NCBI GenBank assembly: GCA_015059485.1
Contig: SVAH01000003.1
Coordinates: 57,627-121,626 of the forward strand
Length of the DNA stretch: 64,000 bases
Reading direction: 5' to 3'
Source: Bacillota bacterium
GTDB taxonomy: Bacteria; Bacillota_I; Bacilli_A; RF39; UBA660
Part shown: piece by piece, positions 49,480-59,240 of the stretch
How positions within the stretch are numbered: position 1 is the stretch's first letter
How the letters are laid out: each line of letters starts with the position of its first letter
Notes under the pieces: model-generated
What the model was told of the DNA's origin: nothing
Database searches by the model: none
The model's input: only the letters and a program-made list of their open reading frames with translations
Translations under genes and position numbers: made by a program

Positions 49480-50835
49480 GTGATAAATTTGAAAATTGAG
49501 GAAGTTTGGAATGAGTTTATGAATAAGTTAGAGAAAGAACTTGCTCCAACTACTTTTAGAACATGGTTTAAAGATATAAAGTTAATTAATGAATATAACA
49601 ACAAATTAACAATTCAAGTACCCATGGAAATTCATAAGAGTATTTTAAGAGAAACATATGGTAATTTAATTGAAGATACTTTATTTAGTATAACAAATGA
49701 AAATTTTGAATTTAATTATATTACTGAAGCTGAAAATCTTGATACTCTAACAGAAATTAATGCTGAATTAAATGAAAATGATACTTCATTTGAAACAAAT
49801 TTGAATAAAGATCTCAATTTTGATAATTTTGTAGTAGGTTCATCCAATAGACTTGCTTATGTATCAGCAATGACTGTTGCACAAAATCCTGGTAAAATTC
49901 ATAATCCATTATTTATATATGGCAAAAGTGGAATAGGAAAAACTCATTTAATGCATGCTATAGGAAACTATATACATCAAAATACCAATAAAAAAGTATT
50001 ATATACAACTAGTGATGCATACATGACTGATTTTACTGGGATTGCTGATATAAAAAATTTAGATAATCAAATTGAATATGCAAATAACTTTAAGAATAAA
50101 TATAGAAATGTTGATGTATTAATAATAGATGATATACAATTTTTAGCTAATGCTGAAAAAACTCAACAGGAATTCTTCAATACATTTAATGATTTACAGC
50201 AATCTAATAAACAATTAATAATATCATCTGACAAAAGTCCAAATGATTTAAAAAAAATCGAAGAAAGACTTAGATCAAGATTTACATGGGGATTACCTGT
50301 AGATATCTATCCACCAGATTTTGAATTAAGGGTAGAAATTATTAAACAAAAAATCAAAAATACCTCATTAGCTGGACTAATGGATAATAATGTAATTGAG
50401 TACATTGCAAATTCTTGTACAAATGATGTTAGACACTTAGAGGGTACAATTAATAGATTAATGGCTTACACAGCAATGGTTGTACCTGAAAAAATAGATG
50501 TTGAATTTGCAAATGCGGCATTAAATGATTATTTAAATAAAAACATTTATTCTGAAAATAATATAGAAAGTATTCAAAAAGCGGTTAGTGATTATTACAA
50601 TATAACTGTTGAGGATTTAAAAGGTAAAAAGAAAAGTGCTAAATTTACTTTTCCAAGGCAAGTTGCAATGTATCTTTCTAGAATGCTTACTGACGAATCA
50701 TTCCCAAGAATAGGCTTAGAATTTGGTGGAAGAGATCATTCCACAGTTATCCACAGTATCAACAAAATCGACAGTGAATTGAATACAAATTTAGATTTAA
50801 AAAATGATATTGAAAACATTAAAAATAATTTATAA
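49480..50835 (+). CDS. dnaA: chromosomal replication initiator protein DnaA
   Basis: AAA+ Walker A GKSGIGKTHLMHAIGN, Walker B LIIDDIQF, domain IV RDHSTVIHS. The start codon is uncertain (GTG at 49480 or TTG at 49489). Confidence 0.95.
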   Translation: MINLKIEEVWNEFMNKLEKELAPTTFRTWFKDIKLINEYNNKLTIQVPMEIHKSILRETYGNLIEDTLFSITNENFEFNYITEAENLDTLTEINAELNENDTSFETNLNKDLNFDNFVVGSSNRLAYVSAMTVAQNPGKIHNPLFIYGKSGIGKTHLMHAIGNYIHQNTNKKVLYTTSDAYMTDFTGIADIKNLDNQIEYANNFKNKYRNVDVLIIDDIQFLANAEKTQQEFFNTFNDLQQSNKQLIISSDKSPNDLKKIEERLRSRFTWGLPVDIYPPDFELRVEIIKQKIKNTSLAGLMDNNVIEYIANSCTNDVRHLEGTINRLMAYTAMVVPEKIDVEFANAALNDYLNKNIYSENNIESIQKAVSDYYNITVEDLKGKKKSAKFTFPRQVAMYLSRMLTDESFPRIGLEFGGRDHSTVIHSINKIDSELNTNLDLKNDIENIKNNL

Positions 50836-50843
50836 TGTGTAAG

Positions 50844-50934
50844 TGTGGATAAATTGAATTTAAACACACAATAATTCAACACATTAAATCTTAAATATTT
50901 ACTGAAAAATAAAGTAATATTTAAGTTATCAACA
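50844..50934. promoter_or_regulatory. oriC part 2: DnaA boxes and AT-rich stretch between dnaA and dnaN
   Basis: Perfect box TGTGGATAA (50844-52) and TTATCAACA (50926-34) flank a very AT-rich spacer, a possible unwinding element. Confidence 0.6.
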
Positions 50935-50983
50935 TAATAAACCGTAATAATATAATTAATAAAAAAAGAAAGAAGGAATTGAA

Positions 50984-52102
50984 ATGAAATTTACAATTAA
51001 AAAAAATATATTATTAGATAATTTAACTAATACTATAAAAGCAATATCAACTAAAAATGTTATACCTATTTTAAATGGTATTAAGTTTGAGTTGAATGAA
51101 AAAGGTTTAGAATTAACAGCTAGTGATAGTGAGTTAACTATTAAGACATTCATAGATAAGAAAGAAATAGATAATATTGAAAAAGAAGGAATTGTAATTA
51201 TACAAAGTAAATATATATTAGATATAATTAGAAAGATGCCTAGTGATAGTATTAATTTTGAACTTGTGGATAATGCCAGAATTAAAATATACACAGATAA
51301 TAATCAATATAATTTAAATTGTTTAGATTATAGAGAATATCCTAATGTTAAATTAGAAGAAAATAAAGATCCTATTATAATAAAGGGAGATCTATTAAAA
51401 TCAATTATTAACCAAACTGTATTTGCTATATCAAATCAAGAATTAAGACCTTTACTTACTGGTTTAAATATAAAAATAACAGGTGATATTTTAGAATGTA
51501 TAGCAACAGATTCTTATCGTCTGTCTAAAAAGACTATAAAAATATCAACCCCTGTTGTTAGTGATATTAATATAGTAATACCTGGTAAAAATATAATTGA
51601 ATTAGAAAAAATATTAAATGATGATGAGGATGTAGAAATCCACATATTCAATAATAAGATATTATTTAAATATAAAAATATAATATTTCAGTCTAATTTA
51701 TTATCTGGAACTTATCCTAATACTTCTAATTTAATTCCTACAGAATTTGAAATTACATCAACAGTTAATTTAAATGATTTCTATGATGCAATTGATAGAG
51801 CCTCATTATTAACTCAAGGAAAAGATAAAAATATAGTTATTATGAAAATAGAAAATAATGATATGACAATTAATTCATATGCTTCAGAAATAGGTAAAGT
51901 TGAGGAAAAGCTTATTGTAAATTCCACAGATAATGCTTCAATAAACATTTCATTTAGTTCAAAGTATATGTTAGAGGCTTTGAAAGTATTTAAATCAGAA
52001 AATGTTGATATATTACTTAACAATGATGTAAAACCAATTATTATTAAATCAAAAGAGGATGATAGTTTGTTTGAGTTAATTTTACCTATAAAAACATATT
52101 AA
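50984..52102 (+). CDS. dnaN: DNA polymerase III beta sliding clamp
   Basis: Three-domain 372-aa clamp with typical N-terminus MKFTIKKNILLDNL. Position after dnaA. Confidence 0.95.
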   Translation: MKFTIKKNILLDNLTNTIKAISTKNVIPILNGIKFELNEKGLELTASDSELTIKTFIDKKEIDNIEKEGIVIIQSKYILDIIRKMPSDSINFELVDNARIKIYTDNNQYNLNCLDYREYPNVKLEENKDPIIIKGDLLKSIINQTVFAISNQELRPLLTGLNIKITGDILECIATDSYRLSKKTIKISTPVVSDINIVIPGKNIIELEKILNDDEDVEIHIFNNKILFKYKNIIFQSNLLSGTYPNTSNLIPTEFEITSTVNLNDFYDAIDRASLLTQGKDKNIVIMKIENNDMTINSYASEIGKVEEKLIVNSTDNASINISFSSKYMLEALKVFKSENVDILLNNDVKPIIIKSKEDDSLFELILPIKTY

Positions 52103-52129
52103 AGTTGATAATTTTTTCAACTTTTTTTT
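52101..52129 (+). terminator. intrinsic terminator after dnaN
   Basis: AAAGTTGA-taattttt-TCAACTTT followed by a T-run. Confidence 0.55.
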
Positions 52130-52208
52130 ATTTATTCCACAGTTTGACATTTTTTTCAGGACTTATATGTTATAAAAGAGTTAATTTATTTCATAAAGGG
52201 GGGAAAAA

Positions 52209-52661
52209 ATGAGCGAATATGAGATAAATGAAGATACATTAGCATTAATTTCGTTAGATGAAAAAACAAAAGTCTTTGAAAAAGGAAAATCATTTGTTGT
52301 AAATAAACAAGTATTTGAAATAATGGAAGATAGTTGTGAATACTTTGGAAGTTCATTAAGTGGTAGACAAAAGGGAACAGAAAAGTTAATAGGAGTTTCA
52401 TATAAAGCTCCAATAATAGTGGAAGAATCCAAAAATATCATATTTTTTCCAACAGCATCACCTAGATTAAAAAATTGTAGTTGGATTTCATTAAACAATT
52501 TAGAAAGATATTATTCAAAGAATAAAAAGTTAGTCTTAGAGTTTAAAAATAAACAAAAAATTATGATAAATACTTCATATGGAATTATAGATAATCAAAT
52601 ACTTAGAGCAACTCGTTTAGAATCGGTATTAAGAGGTCGAAAAAATCAAAAAAAGCTTTAA
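52209..52661 (+). CDS. comK: ComK-family competence transcription factor
   Basis: Aligns by eye with B. subtilis ComK. YEINEDTLALI vs YEVNGATIAVL. DSCEYFGSSLSGRQKGT vs RSCRFFGSSYAGRKAGT. KAPIIVEESKNIIFFPTASP..CSWIS vs KPPIMVDPSNQIFLFPTLSS..CGWIS. NQILRATRL vs NQVYRTAWL. Confidence 0.8.
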   Translation: MSEYEINEDTLALISLDEKTKVFEKGKSFVVNKQVFEIMEDSCEYFGSSLSGRQKGTEKLIGVSYKAPIIVEESKNIIFFPTASPRLKNCSWISLNNLERYYSKNKKLVLEFKNKQKIMINTSYGIIDNQILRATRLESVLRGRKNQKKL

Positions 52662-52753
52662 AAAAGGCTTTTTTTTTGATATAATTAATAGTAGGTAGAG
52701 GAGTACATAAAAAACCTAAATTTTAATATATGGTCGTAAAAAGAGTGATAAAA

Positions 52754-53854
52754 ATGGAAATCAAAAATTTAAAGCTTACAAATTTTAGAAATTATGAAAA
52801 ACTTGATGTAACATTTAATGATCATTTGAATCTGATTCATGGAAATAATGGTATGGGAAAGACTAATTTGGTTGAAGCTATATGTGTTTTAGCTTTAACA
52901 AGGTCTTTTAGACCTATTATGGATAAGAATTTGATTATGAAAGAAAAGAATGTAGCAAAAATTGAGGGAATAGTAAAAAAAGAATATGTAAACAATTATA
53001 AAGTATTAATTGAACCTCAAGGAAAAAAAGTAAAAGTAGATAACAATAAAATTTCTAAAATAAGTGACTATATATCAAAAATAAACGTTGTAATTTTTAA
53101 TCCAGAAGATTTAAAAATTATAAAAGATACTCCAAGTATTAGAAGAAAAAATATTAATATTGAAATTTCTCAAATAAGTATTACATATTTGCAAAATTTG
53201 AATAATTACAATAAAATACTTAAACAAAGAAATGCATATTTGAAAACTATGGCAATTAATTCTAATACTAGTACCGACTATTTAGATGTTCTCACAAATA
53301 AATTGGTTGAATTAGGTATAAAAATTTATGAAGAAAGAAGAAATTATTATATATTAATAAATAAATATATTAATAATTTCTATAAAAAGATTACTGGATT
53401 TAATAATTTAGAAGTGAGATATATTTCTGACTTTGATAATAAGAAAGATATTGAACTATTAGATTTATATAAGAAAAATCTAAAAAAAGACTTATTTATT
53501 GGTAAAACATCAGTTGGAGTTCATCATGATGATTTAGAATTTTATTTAGATGATATGAATCTGAAAGTATATGGCAGTGAAGGTCAACAAAAAAATGCAA
53601 TAATTTCTTTAAAATTATCAGAAATAGAAATAATAAAAGAAAAAAAGAATGATTATCCAATATTAGTTTTAGACGATTTATTTAGTGAACTAGATAATAT
53701 AAAGATTAATAATATAATCAGACTTTTAAACAATGATGTTCAGACTTTTATAACCACAACAAATATTGAAAATGTCTCAAAAAGTCTATTGAATAATTGC
53801 AAAGTTATAAGGGTTAGTGATGGTAAGATTGAGGAGGATAGTACTTATGAATAA
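52754..53854 (+). CDS. recF: DNA replication and repair protein RecF
   Basis: LKLTNFRNY, Walker [15 protein letters not shown], signature SEGQQK, Walker [12 protein letters not shown]. Start placed at MEIKNL. Confidence 0.93.
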   Translation: MEIKNLKLTNFRNYEKLDVTFNDHLNLIHGNNGMGKTNLVEAICVLALTRSFRPIMDKNLIMKEKNVAKIEGIVKKEYVNNYKVLIEPQGKKVKVDNNKISKISDYISKINVVIFNPEDLKIIKDTPSIRRKNINIEISQISITYLQNLNNYNKILKQRNAYLKTMAINSNTSTDYLDVLTNKLVELGIKIYEERRNYYILINKYINNFYKKITGFNNLEVRYISDFDNKKDIELLDLYKKNLKKDLFIGKTSVGVHHDDLEFYLDDMNLKVYGSEGQQKNAIISLKLSEIEIIKEKKNDYPILVLDDLFSELDNIKINNIIRLLNNDVQTFITTTNIENVSKSLLNNCKVIRVSDGKIEEDSTYE

Positions 53855-55760
53855 TGAACATTATAGTGATAGTGACATTCAGGTTTTAGAAGGGCTTGAA
53901 GCAGTACGTAAGAGACCTGGTATGTACATAGGTTCAACTGGAGAAGTTGGATTGCACCATTTGGTATGGGAAATTGTGGATAACGCAATAGATGAGGCAT
54001 TAGCTGGTTATTGTGATGACATTGAAGTTACCATTGAAAAAGGTGATGTTATTTGTGTAAAAGATGATGGACGTGGAATTCCAACAGGTATTAATTCAAA
54101 AACAGGATTATCTACAGTTGAAACAATTTTTACAGTATTACATGCTGGTGGTAAATTTGGTGGAGGAGGATACAAGGTATCTGGAGGACTTCATGGAGTT
54201 GGTGCATCTGTTGTTAATGCATTATCTACTTGGTTAGAAGTAACAATATACCGTGATGGAAAAGAATATTTTCAAAGATTTGAAAATGGTGGAAATTCCA
54301 CAGCTCCATTAAAGGAGGTTGGTCCTGCACCAGAAGGAAGAACAGGTTCTACAATAAGATTTAAAGCAGATCCTGAGATATTTAAAGAAACAACAATTTA
54401 TAAATATGAAATATTATCTAAAAGATTACAAGAACTTGCTTTTTTAAATAAAGGTTTAAGAATTATTTTAAGAGATGATAGAGAAGATGGTAAAGTTGAT
54501 ACTTTCCATTATAATGGTGGAATTATTGAATTTGTTCAAATGTTAAATAAAAATAAACATCCACTTCATGAAGATGTAATATATTTAGAAGGCAGAGAAG
54601 ATGATATTGTTATAGAAGTTGCAATGCAATATAATGATTCATATAATCCAGCGATTTATTCTTATACAAATAATATTCATACACATGAAGGTGGAACACA
54701 TGAAGATGGTGTCAAAAGAGCTCTTACAAGAATTATTAATAATTATGCAAAGAATAATAAACTTTTAAAAGACAATGATGAAGCACTATCAGGTGATGAT
54801 GTTCGAGAAGGTTTAACAATGGTTGTTTCTTGTAAACATCCAGATCCACAGTTTGAAGGACAAACGAAAACTAAATTAGGAAATTTTGAAGTGAGAAAAA
54901 TAGCGGATGATGTATTTGCCAATGGATTTGAAAGATTTTTACTAGAAAATCCTGCAGAAGCAAGGACAATAATTGAAAAATGTATAGTTGCATCACACGC
55001 TAGAATAGCTGCTAAAAAAGCAAGAGAAGTTACAAGAAGAAAATCTGATTTAGATTTGCCTGGTTTTATGGGAAAACTATCAGATTGCAAAAGTAAAGAT
55101 AGATCTGAGTGTGAAATATTCCTAGTCGAGGGAGATAGTGCCGGTGGTTCCGCTAAATCAGGGCGTGATAGCATGACACAAGCAATACTTCCACTTCGTG
55201 GTAAAATATTAAATGTTGAAAAAGCTAGACTTGATAGAGCTTTAAACAATGAAGAAATAAGAACTATTATTACTGCATTTGGTACTGGAATTGGTGATGA
55301 ATTTGATCTATCTAAACTAAGATATGATAAAATAATAATAATGACCGATGCCGATGTTGATGGTTCACATATTAGAATATTGTTGTTAACATTATTCTAT
55401 AGATTCTTTAGACCAATAGTTGAAGCAGGACATGTTTATTCAGCAACACCACCTTTATATAAGGTAACACGCGGAAAAACTATTAAATATGTTCTAGATG
55501 ATGAAGAATTAAATGAATATACTAAAGATTTTGCTCCTAATTCATATGAAATGCAACGTTTCAAAGGTTTAGGTGAAATGAACGCAGCTGAGTTAAAAGA
55601 AACAACAATGTCTAAAGAAAATCGTATATTAAGACAAATAACAGTTGATGATGTAATGGCAGCTGATAAAGTATTTGAAACATTAATGGGTGAAGAAGTA
55701 GCACCTAGGCGTGAATTTATTGAAGAAAATGCCAAGTACACTACTAATTTGGATGTATAG
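53847..55760 (+). CDS. gyrB: DNA gyrase subunit B
   Basis: [60 protein letters not shown] before the ATG at 53847 (8-nt overlap with recF). Confidence 0.96.
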   Translation: MNNEHYSDSDIQVLEGLEAVRKRPGMYIGSTGEVGLHHLVWEIVDNAIDEALAGYCDDIEVTIEKGDVICVKDDGRGIPTGINSKTGLSTVETIFTVLHAGGKFGGGGYKVSGGLHGVGASVVNALSTWLEVTIYRDGKEYFQRFENGGNSTAPLKEVGPAPEGRTGSTIRFKADPEIFKETTIYKYEILSKRLQELAFLNKGLRIILRDDREDGKVDTFHYNGGIIEFVQMLNKNKHPLHEDVIYLEGREDDIVIEVAMQYNDSYNPAIYSYTNNIHTHEGGTHEDGVKRALTRIINNYAKNNKLLKDNDEALSGDDVREGLTMVVSCKHPDPQFEGQTKTKLGNFEVRKIADDVFANGFERFLLENPAEARTIIEKCIVASHARIAAKKAREVTRRKSDLDLPGFMGKLSDCKSKDRSECEIFLVEGDSAGGSAKSGRDSMTQAILPLRGKILNVEKARLDRALNNEEIRTIITAFGTGIGDEFDLSKLRYDKIIIMTDADVDGSHIRILLLTLFYRFFRPIVEAGHVYSATPPLYKVTRGKTIKYVLDDEELNEYTKDFAPNSYEMQRFKGLGEMNAAELKETTMSKENRILRQITVDDVMAADKVFETLMGEEVAPRREFIEENAKYTTNLDV

Positions 55761-55774
55761 GGAGGTTTTAAATT

Positions 55775-58276
55775 ATGGATAGAATTAATTCAAAAAATAT
55801 AGTTCAAGAAGTACAAGATTCATTTATGGATTATTCGATGAGTGTTATTGTTGCACGTGCTTTACCAGATTTAAGAGATGGTTTAAAACCGGTTCATCGT
55901 CGTATTTTATATTCAATGTTTGAAAGTGGATATACTCCTGATAAACAATATCGTAAATGTGCGAGAGTTGTTGGAGATGTAATGGGAAAATATCATCCAC
56001 ATGGTGATTCATCAATATATGAAGCTATGGTACGTATGGCACAAGATTTTAGTTATCGTCATATGTTAATTGATGGACATGGTAACTTTGGAAATATGGA
56101 TGGAGATGGTGCAGCGGCAATGCGTTATACAGAATCTCGTCTCTCAAAAATATCTTTAGAACTATTAAGAGATATAAAGAAAGATACTGTGGATTTTGTA
56201 CCAAATTTTGATGAAACAGAAAAGGAACCAGCTGTATTACCAAGTAGATTCCCTAATATTTTAGTAAATGGAACAATGGGTATTGCAGTAGGTATGGCAA
56301 CTAATATTCCACCACATAACTTAGGTGAAACAATTGATGCATGTGTTGCTTACATTGATAACCATGAAATAACAATACCTGAAATGATGCAATATATTAA
56401 AGGACCAGATTTTCCAACAGGAGGTATAATTCTTGGAAATAGTGGCATTAAAAAAGCATATGAAACAGGTAGAGGTTCTATTACTATTAGATGTAAGGCT
56501 GAAATAGAAGAAGGAAATGGTAGAAGTAGAATTGTTATATCTGAATTGCCTTATGGTATTAATACTAATAATTTAAAAACTAGAATAGCAGAATTAGTTA
56601 GAGATAAAGTTTTAGATGGTATAGCTGATTACCACGATGCAACATCTATAGAGACAGGTGTAAATATTATTATTACTGTAAAAAAAGATGCAAATGCAAA
56701 TGTGGTCTTAAATAATTTATATAAGCATACTGACTTGCAGTCAACTTTTGGAATTATTTTCTTAATGCTTGATAATGGAACTCCTAGAACATTAAACATA
56801 AAAGAAATTATTTCAAAATATATTGATTATCAGAAAGAAGTTATAATTAGAAGAACTAGATTTGATTTAAAGAAGGCTGAAGAAAGAGTTCATATCTTAG
56901 AAGGATATAAAATTGCTTTGGATAATATAGATGAAGTTATTAAGATAATAAGAGCAGCTCAAACTGATATTGAAGCTTCTGAAAAATTGATAAGTAGATT
57001 TGGTTTATCTGAAATTCAAGCAAAGGCAATACTTGAATTAAGATTACGTAGACTTACTGGAATGGAAAGAAGTAAGATTGAAGAAGAATTAAATAACTTA
57101 TTGAAAGATATAGAAGAATATAGAGCAATATTGGGTTCTGAAGAAAAAGTATTGGCTATAATAAAAGAAGAATTATTGGATATCAAGTCTAAATATGCTG
57201 ATGAAAGAAGAACTAATATTGATATGACTGCAATTGAATATATTGAGGATGAATCTTTGATTCCTGAAGAAAATATAATGATTGCACTTACAAATAAAGG
57301 ATATATAAAGAGAACAACGTCAGACACATTCAAATCTCAACGTAGAGGTGGTGTTGGAGTAAAAGGAATGAATACAAATGAAGAAGATTTTGTAGAACAA
57401 ATTATAACTACATCAACTCATGATTATGTATTATTCTTTACAAATCGTGGTAAAGTATATCGTATAAAAGGTTATGAAATTCCTGAATTCAGTCGTCAAT
57501 CAAAAGGAATTCCTATTATTAATCTTCTTCAAGTTGAAAAAGAAGAAAAAATTAGTTCAATGATAAATGTAAGTAAAGAAGAAGAATATAAGTATATATT
57601 ATTTGCAACTAAAAAAGGTATCATTAAGAAAACTAATATATCAGAATTTGAAAATATTCGTAATTCCGGTAAAATAGCTATTAGTCTTAAAGAATCTGAT
57701 GAATTAATTTCAGTTAAAAAGACAACTGGTAACGATATGATTCTTATGGGTGCATCATCAGGACGTATGGTTAAGTTTAATGAAGAAGAATTACGTGTTA
57801 TGGGTAGAACTGCTAGCGGCGTAAGGGGAATAAACTTAGATAATGCTGAGTGCATAGGTGCTGAAGTTACTACTGAATTGGATAAAGTATTGATTGTAAC
57901 TAAGAAAGGTTACGGAAAGCAAACAAGTGTTTCTGAATATAGACAGACAAAAAGAGGAAGTAAAGGTGTTAAAGCATTAAATATCACTGATAAGAATGGT
58001 GAAATGGCAGCATTTAAGATTGTTAGTGAAAACCAAGACGTAGTAATTGTTACTGACACAGGTATGATAATAAGAATTCCACTTGATCAAGTAAATACGC
58101 TTGGAAGAGTTACTCAAGGTGTAAGATTAATGAATCTTAAGGATAATCAATTAGTTTCAACAATGAGTTTAATTGATACTAATAAAGATGATGAAGAGGA
58201 TATTAGTAATTCAAATTCTGAAGTCACAGAAAGCACTGAAGTTTCAGCTAATAATGATGTAAAAGATACTGAATAG
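55775..58276 (+). CDS. gyrA: DNA gyrase subunit A
   Basis: [20 protein letters not shown] region [20 protein letters not shown], active-site AAMRYTE, C-terminal beta-pinwheel repeats and an acidic tail. Confidence 0.96.
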   Translation: MDRINSKNIVQEVQDSFMDYSMSVIVARALPDLRDGLKPVHRRILYSMFESGYTPDKQYRKCARVVGDVMGKYHPHGDSSIYEAMVRMAQDFSYRHMLIDGHGNFGNMDGDGAAAMRYTESRLSKISLELLRDIKKDTVDFVPNFDETEKEPAVLPSRFPNILVNGTMGIAVGMATNIPPHNLGETIDACVAYIDNHEITIPEMMQYIKGPDFPTGGIILGNSGIKKAYETGRGSITIRCKAEIEEGNGRSRIVISELPYGINTNNLKTRIAELVRDKVLDGIADYHDATSIETGVNIIITVKKDANANVVLNNLYKHTDLQSTFGIIFLMLDNGTPRTLNIKEIISKYIDYQKEVIIRRTRFDLKKAEERVHILEGYKIALDNIDEVIKIIRAAQTDIEASEKLISRFGLSEIQAKAILELRLRRLTGMERSKIEEELNNLLKDIEEYRAILGSEEKVLAIIKEELLDIKSKYADERRTNIDMTAIEYIEDESLIPEENIMIALTNKGYIKRTTSDTFKSQRRGGVGVKGMNTNEEDFVEQIITTSTHDYVLFFTNRGKVYRIKGYEIPEFSRQSKGIPIINLLQVEKEEKISSMINVSKEEEYKYILFATKKGIIKKTNISEFENIRNSGKIAISLKESDELISVKKTTGNDMILMGASSGRMVKFNEEELRVMGRTASGVRGINLDNAECIGAEVTTELDKVLIVTKKGYGKQTSVSEYRQTKRGSKGVKALNITDKNGEMAAFKIVSENQDVVIVTDTGMIIRIPLDQVNTLGRVTQGVRLMNLKDNQLVSTMSLIDTNKDDEEDISNSNSEVTESTEVSANNDVKDTE

Positions 58277-58280
58277 AAGA

Positions 58281-58305
58281 AGAAAGCTAAACAGCTTTCT
58301 TTTTT
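58281..58305 (+). terminator. intrinsic terminator of gyrA
   Basis: AGAAAGCT-aaac-AGCTTTCT followed by TTTTT. Confidence 0.8.
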
Positions 58306-58311
58306 ATATAA

Positions 58312-58327
58312 TGTTTCACGTGAAACA
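58312..58327. promoter_or_regulatory. parS site 1 (perfect palindromic TGTTTCACGTGAAACA)
   Basis: Exact match to the palindromic Firmicute parS consensus. Embedded in a 30-bp perfect palindrome at 58305-58334. Confidence 0.85.
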
Positions 58328-58525
58328 TTATATAGAACATATTTTATTTATTTCAAATAAGTAATATGCAATTCTAAATTTGAGAAATAAAAATGATAGT
58401 TTACTCTTATGAAGTAGTGTCAGATATAATTTTTTTGAAATAATTATAAAATTAGTATATAAAAAAAAATAATACTCTTTAGTATCAAATATAATTAGGT
58501 AATATATAACTATATGAATATTTAA

Positions 58526-58541
58526 TGTTTCACGTGAAACA
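58526..58541. promoter_or_regulatory. parS site 2 (TGTTTCACGTGAAACA)
   Basis: Exact 16-mer, with an 18-bp palindrome ATGTTTCACGTGAAACAT. Confidence 0.85.
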
Positions 58542-58576
58542 TATAAAATACTTTTTTTATTTGTATATAAAAACAA

Positions 58577-58592
58577 TGTTTCACGTGAAACA
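58577..58592. promoter_or_regulatory. parS site 3 (TGTTTCACGTGAAACA)
   Basis: Exact 16-mer inside a 26-bp perfect palindrome at 58572-58597. Confidence 0.85.
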
Positions 58593-58730
58593 TTGTTAGC
58601 AACTATTGCAAAAAGTAATTTTATTTGATAAATTAATAACGTGCAACAAATATATTGTAAATTGGTCAGGATTGGAAAATAGCAGCCATATCAATCACTA
58701 TTTGTGTGCACTTTTTTTATGGAGAGTAAT

Positions 58731-59147
58731 ATGAATGAAAAAATATATAATGAATTAATAAAATTATCAAAAAAAGCAATGAAAAATGAAGAAGTACCCG
58801 TTGCAGCAATTATAGTTAAAAATAATAAAATAATTGCAAAATCATTTAATAAAAGAGAAAACAAAAATGACATATTAGGACATGCAGAAATAATATGCAT
58901 AAGAAAAGTAAATAAAAAATTGAAAACATGGAAATTAGAAGAATGTACAATGTACTGTACATTAAGACCATGTTCAATGTGCGAAAAAATAATATATGAA
59001 TCGAGAATAAAAGAAGTTATATATATATTAGAAAAAGAAAAAAATAAAAAAGAATATTTAAAAACAAAAATATATAAATATGATGATAAACATTATGAAC
59101 AAGAAATAAAAAAAATAATGCACACTTTTTTTAAAAATAAAAGATAA
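58731..59147 (+). CDS. tadA: tRNA-specific adenosine deaminase
   Basis: CDA zinc motifs HAEIICI and PCSMC. Position before dnaX. Start placed at MNEKIY after a GGAGAG RBS. Confidence 0.85.
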   Translation: MNEKIYNELIKLSKKAMKNEEVPVAAIIVKNNKIIAKSFNKRENKNDILGHAEIICIRKVNKKLKTWKLEECTMYCTLRPCSMCEKIIYESRIKEVIYILEKEKNKKEYLKTKIYKYDDKHYEQEIKKIMHTFFKNKR

Positions 59148-59240
59148 TACAAATGTTCGGCTATAAAAATGTACAATTTTGCTTGCACTTAATGACTTTT
59201 ATATATAAATTTGTTAAAATATAATTGTGGGGTGAAAACG

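Noticed and set aside
50738-50755. Perfect TTATCCACA box (50747-50755) plus neighbours inside the dnaA 3-prime coding region
   Set aside because: It overlaps the conserved domain IV codons (HSTVIHSI). It may bind DnaA, but it cannot be separated from coding constraint, so it was not counted as part of oriC.
54743-55249. Long antisense ORFs within conserved genes (e.g. 168 aa opposite gyrB)
   Set aside because: Further examples lie at 2318-2617, 4071-4442, 6857-7216, 42165-42542, 50956-51294, 52181-52498 and 57016-57855. All sit fully inside strongly supported genes on the other strand. They have low-complexity Ser/Leu/Phe/Ile-rich products and no RBS, so they are typical shadow ORFs of AT-rich DNA.
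58328-58576. 82-aa minus-strand ORF between parS copies
   Set aside because: It is an extremely AT-rich, low-complexity frame (Tyr/Ile/Leu/Phe/Lys) with no RBS. It is bounded exactly by the palindromes and is best treated as intergenic.
59148-59240. Expected SRP RNA (scr/ffs) between tadA and dnaX
   Set aside because: There are only 93 AT-rich nucleotides here, with no GC-rich helix 8 / GGAA-type tetraloop motif. The sequence looks like a simple promoter and RBS region for dnaX.
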